From positions 103,883-167,882 of the forward strand of contig JARIGS010000010.1 of assembly GCA_029288725.1 (NCBI GenBank): DNA of 64,000 nt, in the 5' to 3' direction. Below the pieces are notes generated by a model, which had not been told where the DNA came from, did not search any database, and saw nothing but the letters and a program-made list of their open reading frames with translations. Source of the stretch: Candidatus Nomurabacteria bacterium. GTDB taxonomy: Bacteria > Patescibacteriota > Minisyncoccia > Phycocordibacterales > UBA9973. Numbering within the stretch: position 1 is the stretch's first letter; every line of letters begins with the position of its first letter. Both the position numbers and the translations under genes were made by a program. Positions 9,937-18,678 of this stretch are shown here, piece by piece.

Positions 9937-11361
9937 TTATTGTTTTGGCTTCTTAAGCACAATATGCAGTTCCTCTACTTGCTTGTCGCTGATAGTTGAA
10001 GGGGCGTTCATCATCGGATCCTTGCCTTCACCGGTTTTTGGAAAGGCCATCACCTCACGGATGTTATTCTCATTCAACAGCAGCATCATCAGGCGATCAA
10101 AGCCCCAGGCAATGCCACCATGTGGCGGAGTACCAACTTTGAATGCCTGCAGCATGTGACCGAAATCCTTTTCGATAGTGTCAGCACCATGACCGAGCAA
10201 TTCAAACACCTTTGAAAGGGCTTCGAATGAATGGTTACGGATAGAGCCACCGCCAATTTCAAAACCGTTCAAGCAGATGTCGTATTGTGTGGTGAGAATT
10301 TCGCCGACATTTTGTTTATTCATCAAACTATCCATGTGTTCCTCAATTGGTCGAGAAAATGGATTGTGGGTATAGGTCCATTCACCCTGGGCATCAGGGT
10401 TGTCACTCTTGCTGGTCGCTTCAAAGAATGGAAAATCGATCACCCAGCAAAATGCCAAAAGGTCAGGATCATTCTTGTCTTCACGAATATCGGGACGGTC
10501 GTTACCGTACTGCTCCATAGCGTCTTTGTATGAAATACGAGGAAATGGCATTTGCTGAATGCGCTTTTCAGGAAAGAGCTTCTGGACGATATTGATCAAA
10601 AGGTTTTCGTTCACAGCCATCACCATCTCGCGATCAACAAAACTCATTTCCATATCGAGCTGAGTAAACTCCGGCTGACGGTCACCACGACCGTCCTCAT
10701 CGCGCATGCATTTTGCAAACTGAAAATAGCGCTCAATACCACCGGTCATCAGCAATTGCTTGTACTGCTGCGGAGACTGCGGCAATGCATAAAAGTGATT
10801 TGGGTACAGGCGTGATGGCACGACATAGTCACGCGCACCTTCAGGAGTGGACTTGGTCAAAATAGGTGTTTCGACTTCGATGAATTTCTCGTCATGCAAA
10901 AAGTCACGAACAAATTTCTGGACTTCGTCACGCTTGCGCATATTGCGCTGCATGCGAGCACTGCGTAGATCAAGATAGCGATGCTTCAAACGTACCTCTT
11001 CACTCACTTCCTTGGTGTCAGTGTTGATCTCAAACGGCAATGGCTCTGCCTTGTTTAAAATGGTGAGACCGGTAATTTCCAATTCAATGTCACCGTTCTG
11101 CTTGTCAGCCTGGACATTGCGCTCTGGGCGCTTGTTGACGATGCCTTCTACCTGCACGACGGATTCTGGTCGGGCATCCTTTACCGCTTCAGCCATTGCT
11201 TCAGCGCGATTGGGCAAAATCACCCCCTGAATGTAACCAGTCATGTCGCGGAAATCAAAAAAGACCAATTTCCCCTGATCACGACGGACATCAATCCATC
11301 CTTTTAATACAACAGTTTCCCCTGCATGCGCTCCCGCGTCACCAATATATGTTCGTTCCAT
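9937..11361 (-). CDS. aspS: aspartate--tRNA ligase, compact form lacking the bacterial GAD insertion domain
   Basis: Bacterial-type N-terminal OB fold and class II core QLLMTGGIERYFQFAKCMRDEDGRGDRQPEFTQLDMEMSF. It is only 474 aa. Confidence 0.85.
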   Translation of the reverse strand: MERTYIGDAGAHAGETVVLKGWIDVRRDQGKLVFFDFRDMTGYIQGVILPNRAEAMAEAVKDARPESVVQVEGIVNKRPERNVQADKQNGDIELEITGLTILNKAEPLPFEINTDTKEVSEEVRLKHRYLDLRSARMQRNMRKRDEVQKFVRDFLHDEKFIEVETPILTKSTPEGARDYVVPSRLYPNHFYALPQSPQQYKQLLMTGGIERYFQFAKCMRDEDGRGDRQPEFTQLDMEMSFVDREMVMAVNENLLINIVQKLFPEKRIQQMPFPRISYKDAMEQYGNDRPDIREDKNDPDLLAFCWVIDFPFFEATSKSDNPDAQGEWTYTHNPFSRPIEEHMDSLMNKQNVGEILTTQYDICLNGFEIGGGSIRNHSFEALSKVFELLGHGADTIEKDFGHMLQAFKVGTPPHGGIAWGFDRLMMLLLNENNIREVMAFPKTGEGKDPMMNAPSTISDKQVEELHIVLKKPKQ

Positions 11362-11392
11362 AATCTCCCCATTCTACCCGAAAAAGCCCAAT

Positions 11393-11417
11393 AAAAAAAG
11401 CCCCGTGGGGCTTTTTT
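11393..11417. terminator. intrinsic terminator hairpin
   Basis: The sequence aaaaaaagccccgtggggctttttt overlaps the stop of the 11416..11886 gene. Confidence 0.5.
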
Positions 11418-11886
11418 AGGCAGCGGCCAAATGAGCGAACAATGGATTAAGCGGGACGGTATACAGCATCTCTCCCTCAATCAGGAAAAATGGTAAATCT
11501 GCCCTGGTCACTGTCATACTTCTTAAACTGTAGCGTGACTCAAATAATCGGTACTCAACGTGGTTGCTTTTGGTAAAACCTTCAGCATCCAATGCATAGA
11601 CATACCCGCGAAAATTTTCATCTAATAGTTGTTTTAGAATATTTTCACAGATAGTAAATGTCACTGCCCATCGTGAGCCCGAGGTAGAAATGGTGTACGC
11701 AGATTTTCCATCCTTGCAACCCCTTGTCAGAGCCATAAAGATAGCAATCTCCGGATATTGAGTGGCGCAGAGAGCCAGTTCTCCGTCAGTGAAATGCGGA
11801 TGCAGCTCATCAACTTTTTTCGGACTGCCGTGGAGCAAGCAGCGTTCAGAGGCGACGAGGTGTCGCAGACTATTTAATCTGTTCAT
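11416..11886 (-). CDS. hypothetical protein, HG[ST]/AIFMAL/DENxxGYVY family, copy 1 (paralogue of 61609..62079)
   Basis: 156 aa with its own terminator. It shares four ordered motif blocks with the ORF at 61609..62079. Confidence 0.5.
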   Translation of the reverse strand: MNRLNSLRHLVASERCLLHGSPKKVDELHPHFTDGELALCATQYPEIAIFMALTRGCKDGKSAYTISTSGSRWAVTFTICENILKQLLDENFRGYVYALDAEGFTKSNHVEYRLFESRYSLRSMTVTRADLPFFLIEGEMLYTVPLNPLFAHLAAA

Positions 11887-11949
11887 GATTTAAGGTTTTC
11901 ATCATTAAATCACGTTTTTATAAAAAAGCAACCAGGTGCTCTGTGGCTA

Positions 11950-12585
11950 TTACTTCTTAACAGCAATAATTCTAAACATATGCCAATGTTTTGTTTTTTG
12001 AATACCGCTAATTTCTGACATAGCAGTAGTTCCTTCCTTTTCAATTTCGGTTAGCTTTTTTATATCAAAATTTTTAAATAAATCCTCTAACTCATTCTTA
12101 GTAAGAAAGCTCATACTTGCTCCTTCTTGATTCCACTCATCATGTATTCCAAGGAAGTTTCCAGAAAATACCCCACCGGTTTTTAGTGAATTCTCAATCT
12201 TTTTAAATATTGAATTTAGGCGTTCAAGAGAAAAATGAAAAAGAACATCCTCTGCATTTACAAGAATAAGTGTATCTTCTGGGAAATTCCATTTTCCAAT
12301 AACCTCTTGAACAAAGGTAAGCGAAGGATTATTTAGTGCTTCAGCAATTGAAAAAGAAGCCGGAGAAGGGTCAACAGCTGTTACTTCAAAACCTTTAGCT
12401 AATAGAAATTTAGTGTCTCGTAAACTCCCCGCACCAATATCTAATGCCTTTCCTGGTTCAGGGCAATATTGGTCAACCGCTTTTTCTAAATTAGGAGTAT
12501 GAGGAACGTCTGCATGGAGTTCGTAATACTCCTTCCAGTCATAGCCTTCTTCATTGTTCTGAGTGTTATTAGGTATTTGCTCCAT
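11950..12585 (-). CDS. class I SAM-dependent methyltransferase (TehB/TPMT-like size)
   Basis: Motif I LDIGAGSLRDTKFLLAKGFEVTAVD and an acidic motif II. GC is visibly lower than the flanking genes. Confidence 0.7.
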   Translation of the reverse strand: MEQIPNNTQNNEEGYDWKEYYELHADVPHTPNLEKAVDQYCPEPGKALDIGAGSLRDTKFLLAKGFEVTAVDPSPASFSIAEALNNPSLTFVQEVIGKWNFPEDTLILVNAEDVLFHFSLERLNSIFKKIENSLKTGGVFSGNFLGIHDEWNQEGASMSFLTKNELEDLFKNFDIKKLTEIEKEGTTAMSEISGIQKTKHWHMFRIIAVKK

Positions 12586-12592
12586 AGTGCTA

Positions 12593-13564
12593 TTACTGCG
12601 TCAGTCCCACCGCTTCGTACACGTCAAAAATCTTTTTCATGGCGATGTCATTGGCTTTCATGGCGCCGGTGACGAGGATTTGCTGAACAAGTTTTGGATT
12701 CTGTTCATAGTGGGCACGACGTTCGCGCATTGGCGTGACAAAGGCAATGATGTCCTGAATAAGCAGCTTCTTGGCATCGCCATAGCCGAGACCCTGGGCA
12801 TACTGCCGCTTCAGCTCTTCGGAATCATTGAAGAGCTGGTGAATCTGATAGATAACCAGTTCATCAGGATTCTTTTCCTCATTGCGTTCGCGTGAGTCGG
12901 TCACGATCGACATGACGGCCTTGGTAATTTCCTCATCAGTACCAAAGAGTGGGATGGTATTGTTGTAGCTTTTTGACATCTTGCGACCATCGGTTCCTGG
13001 CACTACGCCCGTCGTCTCTTGAATAAGCGGTTCAGGCAATGAGAACAGTTCGCCGTACTGGAAGTTGAATTTCTGGGCAATATCACGCGCATATTCAACA
13101 TGCTGCTTTTGATCCGCTCCCACCGGTACCATTGCTGCATCGTAGAGCAAAATGTCAGCAGCCATCAGTACTGGATACGTAAACGTGCCGGCAGTAACCT
13201 CCTTCCCTTTTGCTTCCGCATCCTTGTAGGCATGAGCACGCATGAGATACGGCACCGTCACGAGACAGTCAAAGATCCAGGCAAGATTGGCATGAGCCGG
13301 TACGTCAGACTGTTTGAAGAAAATGACCTTTTCCGGGTCGAGACCGGCACCCAGATAGTCCAGTACCGCATTATGGGTATGTTCAATGAGCTCATCCTTG
13401 GTAAGGACGTTTTCTGTCAGGGCATGAAGGTTCGGCAAAAAGACAAATGCCTCATAATCATCCTGCATGGCAATGAATTGGCGAATGGCGCCAAAGTAAT
13501 TTCCCACGTGAATGCGGCCAGTTGGCTTCACGCCTGAAACAAGACGAGGTTTTGGGGATTCCAT
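12593..13564 (-). CDS. trpS: tryptophan--tRNA ligase
   Basis: A HIGH-like motif GRIHVGNYFGA and KMSKS are present in a class Ic protein of 323 aa. Confidence 0.9.
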   Translation of the reverse strand: MESPKPRLVSGVKPTGRIHVGNYFGAIRQFIAMQDDYEAFVFLPNLHALTENVLTKDELIEHTHNAVLDYLGAGLDPEKVIFFKQSDVPAHANLAWIFDCLVTVPYLMRAHAYKDAEAKGKEVTAGTFTYPVLMAADILLYDAAMVPVGADQKQHVEYARDIAQKFNFQYGELFSLPEPLIQETTGVVPGTDGRKMSKSYNNTIPLFGTDEEITKAVMSIVTDSRERNEEKNPDELVIYQIHQLFNDSEELKRQYAQGLGYGDAKKLLIQDIIAFVTPMRERRAHYEQNPKLVQQILVTGAMKANDIAMKKIFDVYEAVGLTQ

Positions 13565-13657
13565 GGGGATATCATACCAAAAAATAAGGCTCTTTGGAAA
13601 TAGCCGGTTCTTTTTATAAGTTTTTTATCAAGAAATAATAATGATACAATAAAGCCA

Positions 13658-15040
13658 ATGACCAAGGCTGGCGCATCAACCTCACTTCGTATTCCCCCTC
13701 ATGACCTTGAGGCTGAACAGGCAGTACTTGGTGCGTTGATGCTTCGCCCGGCGGCAATTCACGACATCGTTGACCTGCTTACCCCAGAAATGTTCTATGC
13801 CAAAAAGCATGCGATCATTTACAAGACCATTACTGAACTTTCCCTCAAAAATGAGCCAATTGATGTCTTGTCAGTCGCTTCCAAGCTGAAAGAAAAGAAA
13901 TGCCTCGATGAAATCGGCGGCAATGCCTATTTAAACGAGCTCATGAGCAATGTGCCCTCTACCGTGAACATCCGTCATTACGGTGATATTGTCTACAAGA
14001 AATACGTCCTTCGCTCACTGATCGATGCTTCAGAAAACATCGCCGCTCTTTCCTATGAGCAGAATGACATGGATGTCAGTGACATTTTGGATACCGCTGA
14101 GAAAAGCATTTTCCGTATTTCCTCTGGTATGAATGTCAAAAATGCGTTCGTATCCATCAAGTCATCATTGATCGATACCATGGAACAGACTATTCGCCTC
14201 CATGAGAATAAGGAAGAATTGCGCGGTGTACCAACGGGCTATACCGATCTCGACGCCATCACTGCCGGTTTGCAGAAATCCGACCTCATCATTCTTGCCG
14301 CCCGACCAAGTATGGGTAAGACCACCTTTGCATTGGACATGGCCCGCAATGTCGCTCTTTCCGGCATTCCGGTCGGCATCTTCTCACTGGAAATGAGTGC
14401 CCAGCAGCTTGTTCAACGCATGCTCTCAGCCGAAAGTCGCGTTGATGCCTGGAGTATTCGTACTGGTCACGGTCTTCATGCCCAGCACTTTACTGCTCTC
14501 CAGGAAGCAGCCAGCCGTTTGCAGAAGGCACCGATTTACATTGATGACCAGGCTGGTAACTCCATCGTCAAAATGCGTGCCGTTGCCCGCCGTCTCAAAA
14601 GTGAGCATGGTCTTGGGCTTATTGTCGTTGACTACCTTCAGCTGATGACGACCAGCAAAAACTATGACAACATGGTCAACCAGGTCACCGAAATTTCCCG
14701 CTCATTGAAGCAACTTGCCCGTGAGCTCGATGTGCCAGTCTTGGCATTGTCACAGCTTTCTCGCGCCGTCGAAAGCCGCGGTGGTCGCCCTCGCCTCTCC
14801 GACCTTCGTGATTCCGGTTCCATTGAACAAGATGCCGACTTGGTTATGTTCATTCACCGTGAAGACCGTTACAAGGAACAGCATGAGAAGGACAACATCA
14901 CCGAAATCCTGATCGAAAAGCACCGTAACGGTGCGGTCGGCATGGTCCAGCTGCTCTTTGATGGCAAGACTACCTCATTCCTCAATATGGACAAGACCCA
15001 TATGCCTGTGGCCAAGGCTGCCTCACTTGATGATTTCTAA
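13658..15040 (+). CDS. dnaB: replicative DNA helicase DnaB
   Basis: The N-terminal block reads PHDLEAEQAVLGALML, with Walker A GARPSMGKTTFAL and the RecA-fold C-terminal domain. Confidence 0.9.
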   Translation: MTKAGASTSLRIPPHDLEAEQAVLGALMLRPAAIHDIVDLLTPEMFYAKKHAIIYKTITELSLKNEPIDVLSVASKLKEKKCLDEIGGNAYLNELMSNVPSTVNIRHYGDIVYKKYVLRSLIDASENIAALSYEQNDMDVSDILDTAEKSIFRISSGMNVKNAFVSIKSSLIDTMEQTIRLHENKEELRGVPTGYTDLDAITAGLQKSDLIILAARPSMGKTTFALDMARNVALSGIPVGIFSLEMSAQQLVQRMLSAESRVDAWSIRTGHGLHAQHFTALQEAASRLQKAPIYIDDQAGNSIVKMRAVARRLKSEHGLGLIVVDYLQLMTTSKNYDNMVNQVTEISRSLKQLARELDVPVLALSQLSRAVESRGGRPRLSDLRDSGSIEQDADLVMFIHREDRYKEQHEKDNITEILIEKHRNGAVGMVQLLFDGKTTSFLNMDKTHMPVAKAASLDDF

Positions 15041-15043
15041 TAT

Positions 15044-15649
15044 ATGAACGATTCCATTGACCGATTAACAAAGCTCTTTTTGAAATTGCCGGGTATCGGC
15101 GAGCGACAGGCTCGCCGCTTTGCGTATTTCATGATGACGCAGCAGGAAGGATACGTTGACTCATTGGCCCGTGCCCTCATCGCTGTTCGGGCGCATGCCA
15201 ATACCTGCAGCCGTTGTCTACGTATCTTTGAAGGCAATCCGGGAATGTGCAGTATCTGCAGCGACGACCATCGCGATCAGACTAAGGTGGCAGTAGTCGA
15301 AAAGAGTCAGGACATCGAAAGCTTTGCCCGGACCGATTACAACGGCGTCTTTTTTGTTCTGGGTGGCCTGATCCCGATCATGCAAAAGGAAATCCTTCAG
15401 GGAACCAATGCCCAGAAACTGATTGACCGGGTGGCAACTGAGGCTACTAACGAATCATTGCAAGAAATCATTCTTGCATTCCCTCTCACTCCCAACGGTG
15501 AACACACTGACAGCGCCCTTCGCGAGCTATTGGCTCCCGTTGCCGGCGCTGTGATGATTACCTCACTGGGTCGTGGCCTTTCAACCGGTACCGAACTTGA
15601 ATATGCCGATCCGGCATCGCTGGAGGCTTCACTGAAAAAGCGAGAATAA
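15044..15649 (+). CDS. recR: recombination protein RecR
   Basis: HhH motif LPGIGERQARRFAYF, a C4 zinc finger CSRCLRIFEGNPGMCSIC, and a Toprim domain. Confidence 0.9.
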   Translation: MNDSIDRLTKLFLKLPGIGERQARRFAYFMMTQQEGYVDSLARALIAVRAHANTCSRCLRIFEGNPGMCSICSDDHRDQTKVAVVEKSQDIESFARTDYNGVFFVLGGLIPIMQKEILQGTNAQKLIDRVATEATNESLQEIILAFPLTPNGEHTDSALRELLAPVAGAVMITSLGRGLSTGTELEYADPASLEASLKKRE

Positions 15650-15676
15650 AAAAGACCCTCTGTGAGGGTCTTTTTG

Positions 15677-16099
15677 TTAGGCGATTGCAGTAATGCGCAC
15701 TTTGATAAATGGCTGTCGGTGGCCGTTCTTTTTCATGTAGCGACTTTTCTGCTTGTATTTGATTACCATCACCTTTGGACCGCGTCCAACGAGGGCAACT
15801 TCACCAGTTACCACTGAGCCGGCGATAAAAGGAGCGCCGATAGTAGTGTCAGTGCCATTGTCCTTAAGCAACACTTCGTTAAAAGAAACGACATCGCCCT
15901 TGGCCTTTTCATCCTTGAACTTTTCGATAGTGATCACTTCGCCCACTGCCACACGATACTGCTTGCCACCTGTTTTGATGACAGCGAATTCGCCTGCTAT
16001 TGCCTTTACCGCCTTAGCAGCTGCTGGCTTTTTTACGGTTGTTTTTGCTGCGCCGGTCGCTTTTTTAGCTGGGGCTGATGTTGTTTTTGCTGTTGCCAT
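15677..16099 (-). CDS. rplU: 50S ribosomal protein L21 with about 35-aa Ala/Lys-rich N-terminal extension
   Basis: The L21 core reads FAVIKTGGKQYRVAVGEVITIEK. It is preceded by MATAKTTSAPAKKATGAAKTTVKKPAAAKAVKA. Confidence 0.85.
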   Translation of the reverse strand: MATAKTTSAPAKKATGAAKTTVKKPAAAKAVKAIAGEFAVIKTGGKQYRVAVGEVITIEKFKDEKAKGDVVSFNEVLLKDNGTDTTIGAPFIAGSVVTGEVALVGRGPKVMVIKYKQKSRYMKKNGHRQPFIKVRITAIA

Positions 16100-16175
16100 A
16101 TATATAGATTAGAGCCTATAGTATACCTATTTCTGCCAATAGTGCAAGACCCTGACAGTATGCTAAAATAAGCCC

Positions 16176-17093
16176 ATGATTTCCCGCTATACCTACCACG
16201 GGCTGACTTGGGTCGACCTTGAATCCCCTAACCGGGAGGAAATCCTCCATATTAGCGAGGAATTCGGCCTTTCCAAGCTGGTGGAGGAGGAAATGTTCTC
16301 CGGCACCCTGCGTTCAAAGGTTGACCTCTACGATCAATTCATTTATCTGATTCTTCACTTCCCTGTCTTTAACAAGCATACGGGCAGCCACGGTGACCAA
16401 GAGATTGATTTTATTGTCGGCAAAAAGTTCATTATTACCGTTCGCTATGAGGCAATAGAGCCGATTCAGGCCTTTGCAGCATTATTTGAAAATGTTGAAA
16501 AGCTTGACCAGCACAAGAACATTGCCGACAGTGGCGTGATGTTCATGGAAATGATGAAGCATCTCTACAAGGCATCAGCCATCGAGCTCGAACATATTAC
16601 CAGTGCTATCCCCACGATTGAACACAATATCTTTCACGGCAAAGAGGAAAAAATGGTACGGATCATTTCTCAGACCAATCGCCACCTTCTCGACTTCAAG
16701 CAAGCCATTCGTTTCCATGGCGACATTCTCCGTTCGTATGAATCAGCGAGTAAGCGCTTCTTTGGTACGGATTATGGCTACTACGCCGAACTCATCACTT
16801 CAGAATTCAACAAGGTCAACAACGTATTGGAGGGCCATCACGACTTGCTCAAGGAATTGCAACGCACCAATGACTCACTGCTTTCAGCAAAGTCCAATGA
16901 AATCCTGCGTACCTTTACCATTCTCACGTTCATTATGCTGCCACTGAGCATTATTACCGGTGTTTTCAGTATGAACATTGGCGGTGGATTTACTCTTATC
17001 AAGACTGTCGGTGATTTCTATTTTATTATTGGTGCAATGGTGCTGACGGGATTGTGTATGATCATATACTTCCGTTTGCGCCGCTGGTTATAA
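16176..17093 (+). CDS. corA: CorA-family divalent cation transporter with SMN in place of the GMN motif
   Basis: A cytoplasmic domain is followed by two C-terminal TM segments. The loop reads MLPLSIITGVFSMNIGG, with agt-atg-aac at 16968-16976. Confidence 0.75.
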   Translation: MISRYTYHGLTWVDLESPNREEILHISEEFGLSKLVEEEMFSGTLRSKVDLYDQFIYLILHFPVFNKHTGSHGDQEIDFIVGKKFIITVRYEAIEPIQAFAALFENVEKLDQHKNIADSGVMFMEMMKHLYKASAIELEHITSAIPTIEHNIFHGKEEKMVRIISQTNRHLLDFKQAIRFHGDILRSYESASKRFFGTDYGYYAELITSEFNKVNNVLEGHHDLLKELQRTNDSLLSAKSNEILRTFTILTFIMLPLSIITGVFSMNIGGGFTLIKTVGDFYFIIGAMVLTGLCMIIYFRLRRWL

Positions 17094-17102
17094 TCTATTT
17101 CT

Positions 17103-18473
17103 ATGAATCTCTACAACACCAAATCCCGTACTATCGAACTGTTTACCCCTCTTACTGAAGGCGTAGTAACCATGTATGCCTGCGGTCCGACCGTCTATGA
17201 CTACACCCACATCGGTCACATGCGCAAATACATCGGCGATGACATCTTGCGACGCACCCTCACGCTCGAAGGATACAACGTGAAGCATGTCATGAATATC
17301 ACTGACGTCGGCCACCTTACTGACGATGGCGATGAAGGCGAGGACAAGCTGGAAAAAGGGGCAAAAAAGGAAGGGCGCAGCGTCTGGGATATTGCCGCAT
17401 TCTATACCGACTATTTCCATGACACGATGGCAGCAGTCAATGTATTGCCCCCGATCATTGAGGCAAAGGCGACTGACCATATCAAGGAAATGATTGCCTT
17501 GGCCGAAAAGCTGCTTGCTGAAGGCATTGCCTACGAAACTGCTCACGCTATTTATTTCGACGTCGCCAAGGATCCCCATTATGGCGAGCTCTCAGGTCAG
17601 AAGCTCAGCGACAAGGAAACCGCCGTGCGTGACGATGTCGTCATCGATCCGGACAAGAAAAATCCGGCTGACTTTTCATTGTGGTTCAAGCGTGTCGGTA
17701 AATTTGCCGATCACAGTATGTATTGGCCAAGTCCATGGGGTGACGGCTTTCCCGGTTGGCATATCGAATGTTCGGCTATGGCGATGCACTATCTCGGTGA
17801 GACCATCGATATTCACACTGGTGGCATCGACCACATCCCCGTCCACCATGAAAATGAAATTGCCCAAAGTGAATGTGCAACGCATAAGCAATTCGTTCGT
17901 TACTGGGTCCACCATGACTTTCTCAATGTAGAGGGAGAAAAGATGTCCAAGAGCAAGCAGAATTTCTATACCATCAATGACATCACTGCCCGCCAGATTG
18001 ACCCTCTTGCAACACGCTTGCTCTTCATGCAGACAAGCTATCGCAAGCCGCTTAACTTCACCTGGGAAGGATTGGAAGTAGCCGGCCAGCAATTAAAAAA
18101 GCTGCAGAAGTTTGCAGCGCATCATACCCAGCAAGGAACAGTACACGACAGTTATATGGCAGCATTTACAGTCGGGCTTGCTGATGACTTGAACACCGCT
18201 AAGGCCCTTGCCACAGTATGGGAATTGCTTGGTGACAACACTATTGCCGAAGCAGACAAATGGGCAACGCTTCTGCGGTTTGATGCTGTTCTTGGTCTTG
18301 GTTTGGATGCAGTAGAAAAATTTACCATCAGCCCTGAAGCGCAAACCCTGCTCGATGCGCGTAATACTGCCCGCACCAATAAGGATTTTGCTCAATCAGA
18401 CGAACTACGCCGCCAATTGGAAGGTCTTGGGTACGAGGTCTTGGATACTGCCGATGGCACCAAGCTCTATTAA
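17103..18473 (+). CDS. cysS: cysteine--tRNA ligase
   Basis: The HIGH motif reads YDYTHIGHMRKY and KMSKS is present. It is 456 aa. Confidence 0.9.
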   Translation: MNLYNTKSRTIELFTPLTEGVVTMYACGPTVYDYTHIGHMRKYIGDDILRRTLTLEGYNVKHVMNITDVGHLTDDGDEGEDKLEKGAKKEGRSVWDIAAFYTDYFHDTMAAVNVLPPIIEAKATDHIKEMIALAEKLLAEGIAYETAHAIYFDVAKDPHYGELSGQKLSDKETAVRDDVVIDPDKKNPADFSLWFKRVGKFADHSMYWPSPWGDGFPGWHIECSAMAMHYLGETIDIHTGGIDHIPVHHENEIAQSECATHKQFVRYWVHHDFLNVEGEKMSKSKQNFYTINDITARQIDPLATRLLFMQTSYRKPLNFTWEGLEVAGQQLKKLQKFAAHHTQQGTVHDSYMAAFTVGLADDLNTAKALATVWELLGDNTIAEADKWATLLRFDAVLGLGLDAVEKFTISPEAQTLLDARNTARTNKDFAQSDELRRQLEGLGYEVLDTADGTKLY

Positions 18474-18628
18474 TTTACAAACGTTTTAAGTATCTTTTCA
18501 AAATTCCCTAAAGCTGTTCTGCATCTCTGAGAGGCATCTCTAATCGAATCACCGAGATCGTTAATTGAGACCGCAATATCTCTAAGCGTTATTTCTTTAT
18601 CGGTATCGATCTTTGTATGCTTTTTCAT
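18470..18628 (-). CDS. small hypothetical protein (52 aa) in the cysS-lysS spacer
   Basis: Manual translation gives MKKHTKIDTDKEITLRDIAVSINDLGDSIRDASQRCRTALGNFEKILKTFVN, with GGAG just upstream of the ATG. It falls below the ORF-track cutoff. Confidence 0.2.
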   Translation of the reverse strand: MKKHTKIDTDKEITLRDIAVSINDLGDSIRDASQRCRTALGNFEKILKTFVN

Positions 18629-18678
18629 GTCTCCAGTATACACCAGGAGAATAAAATAAAACCCAAGAAATAATAAGC

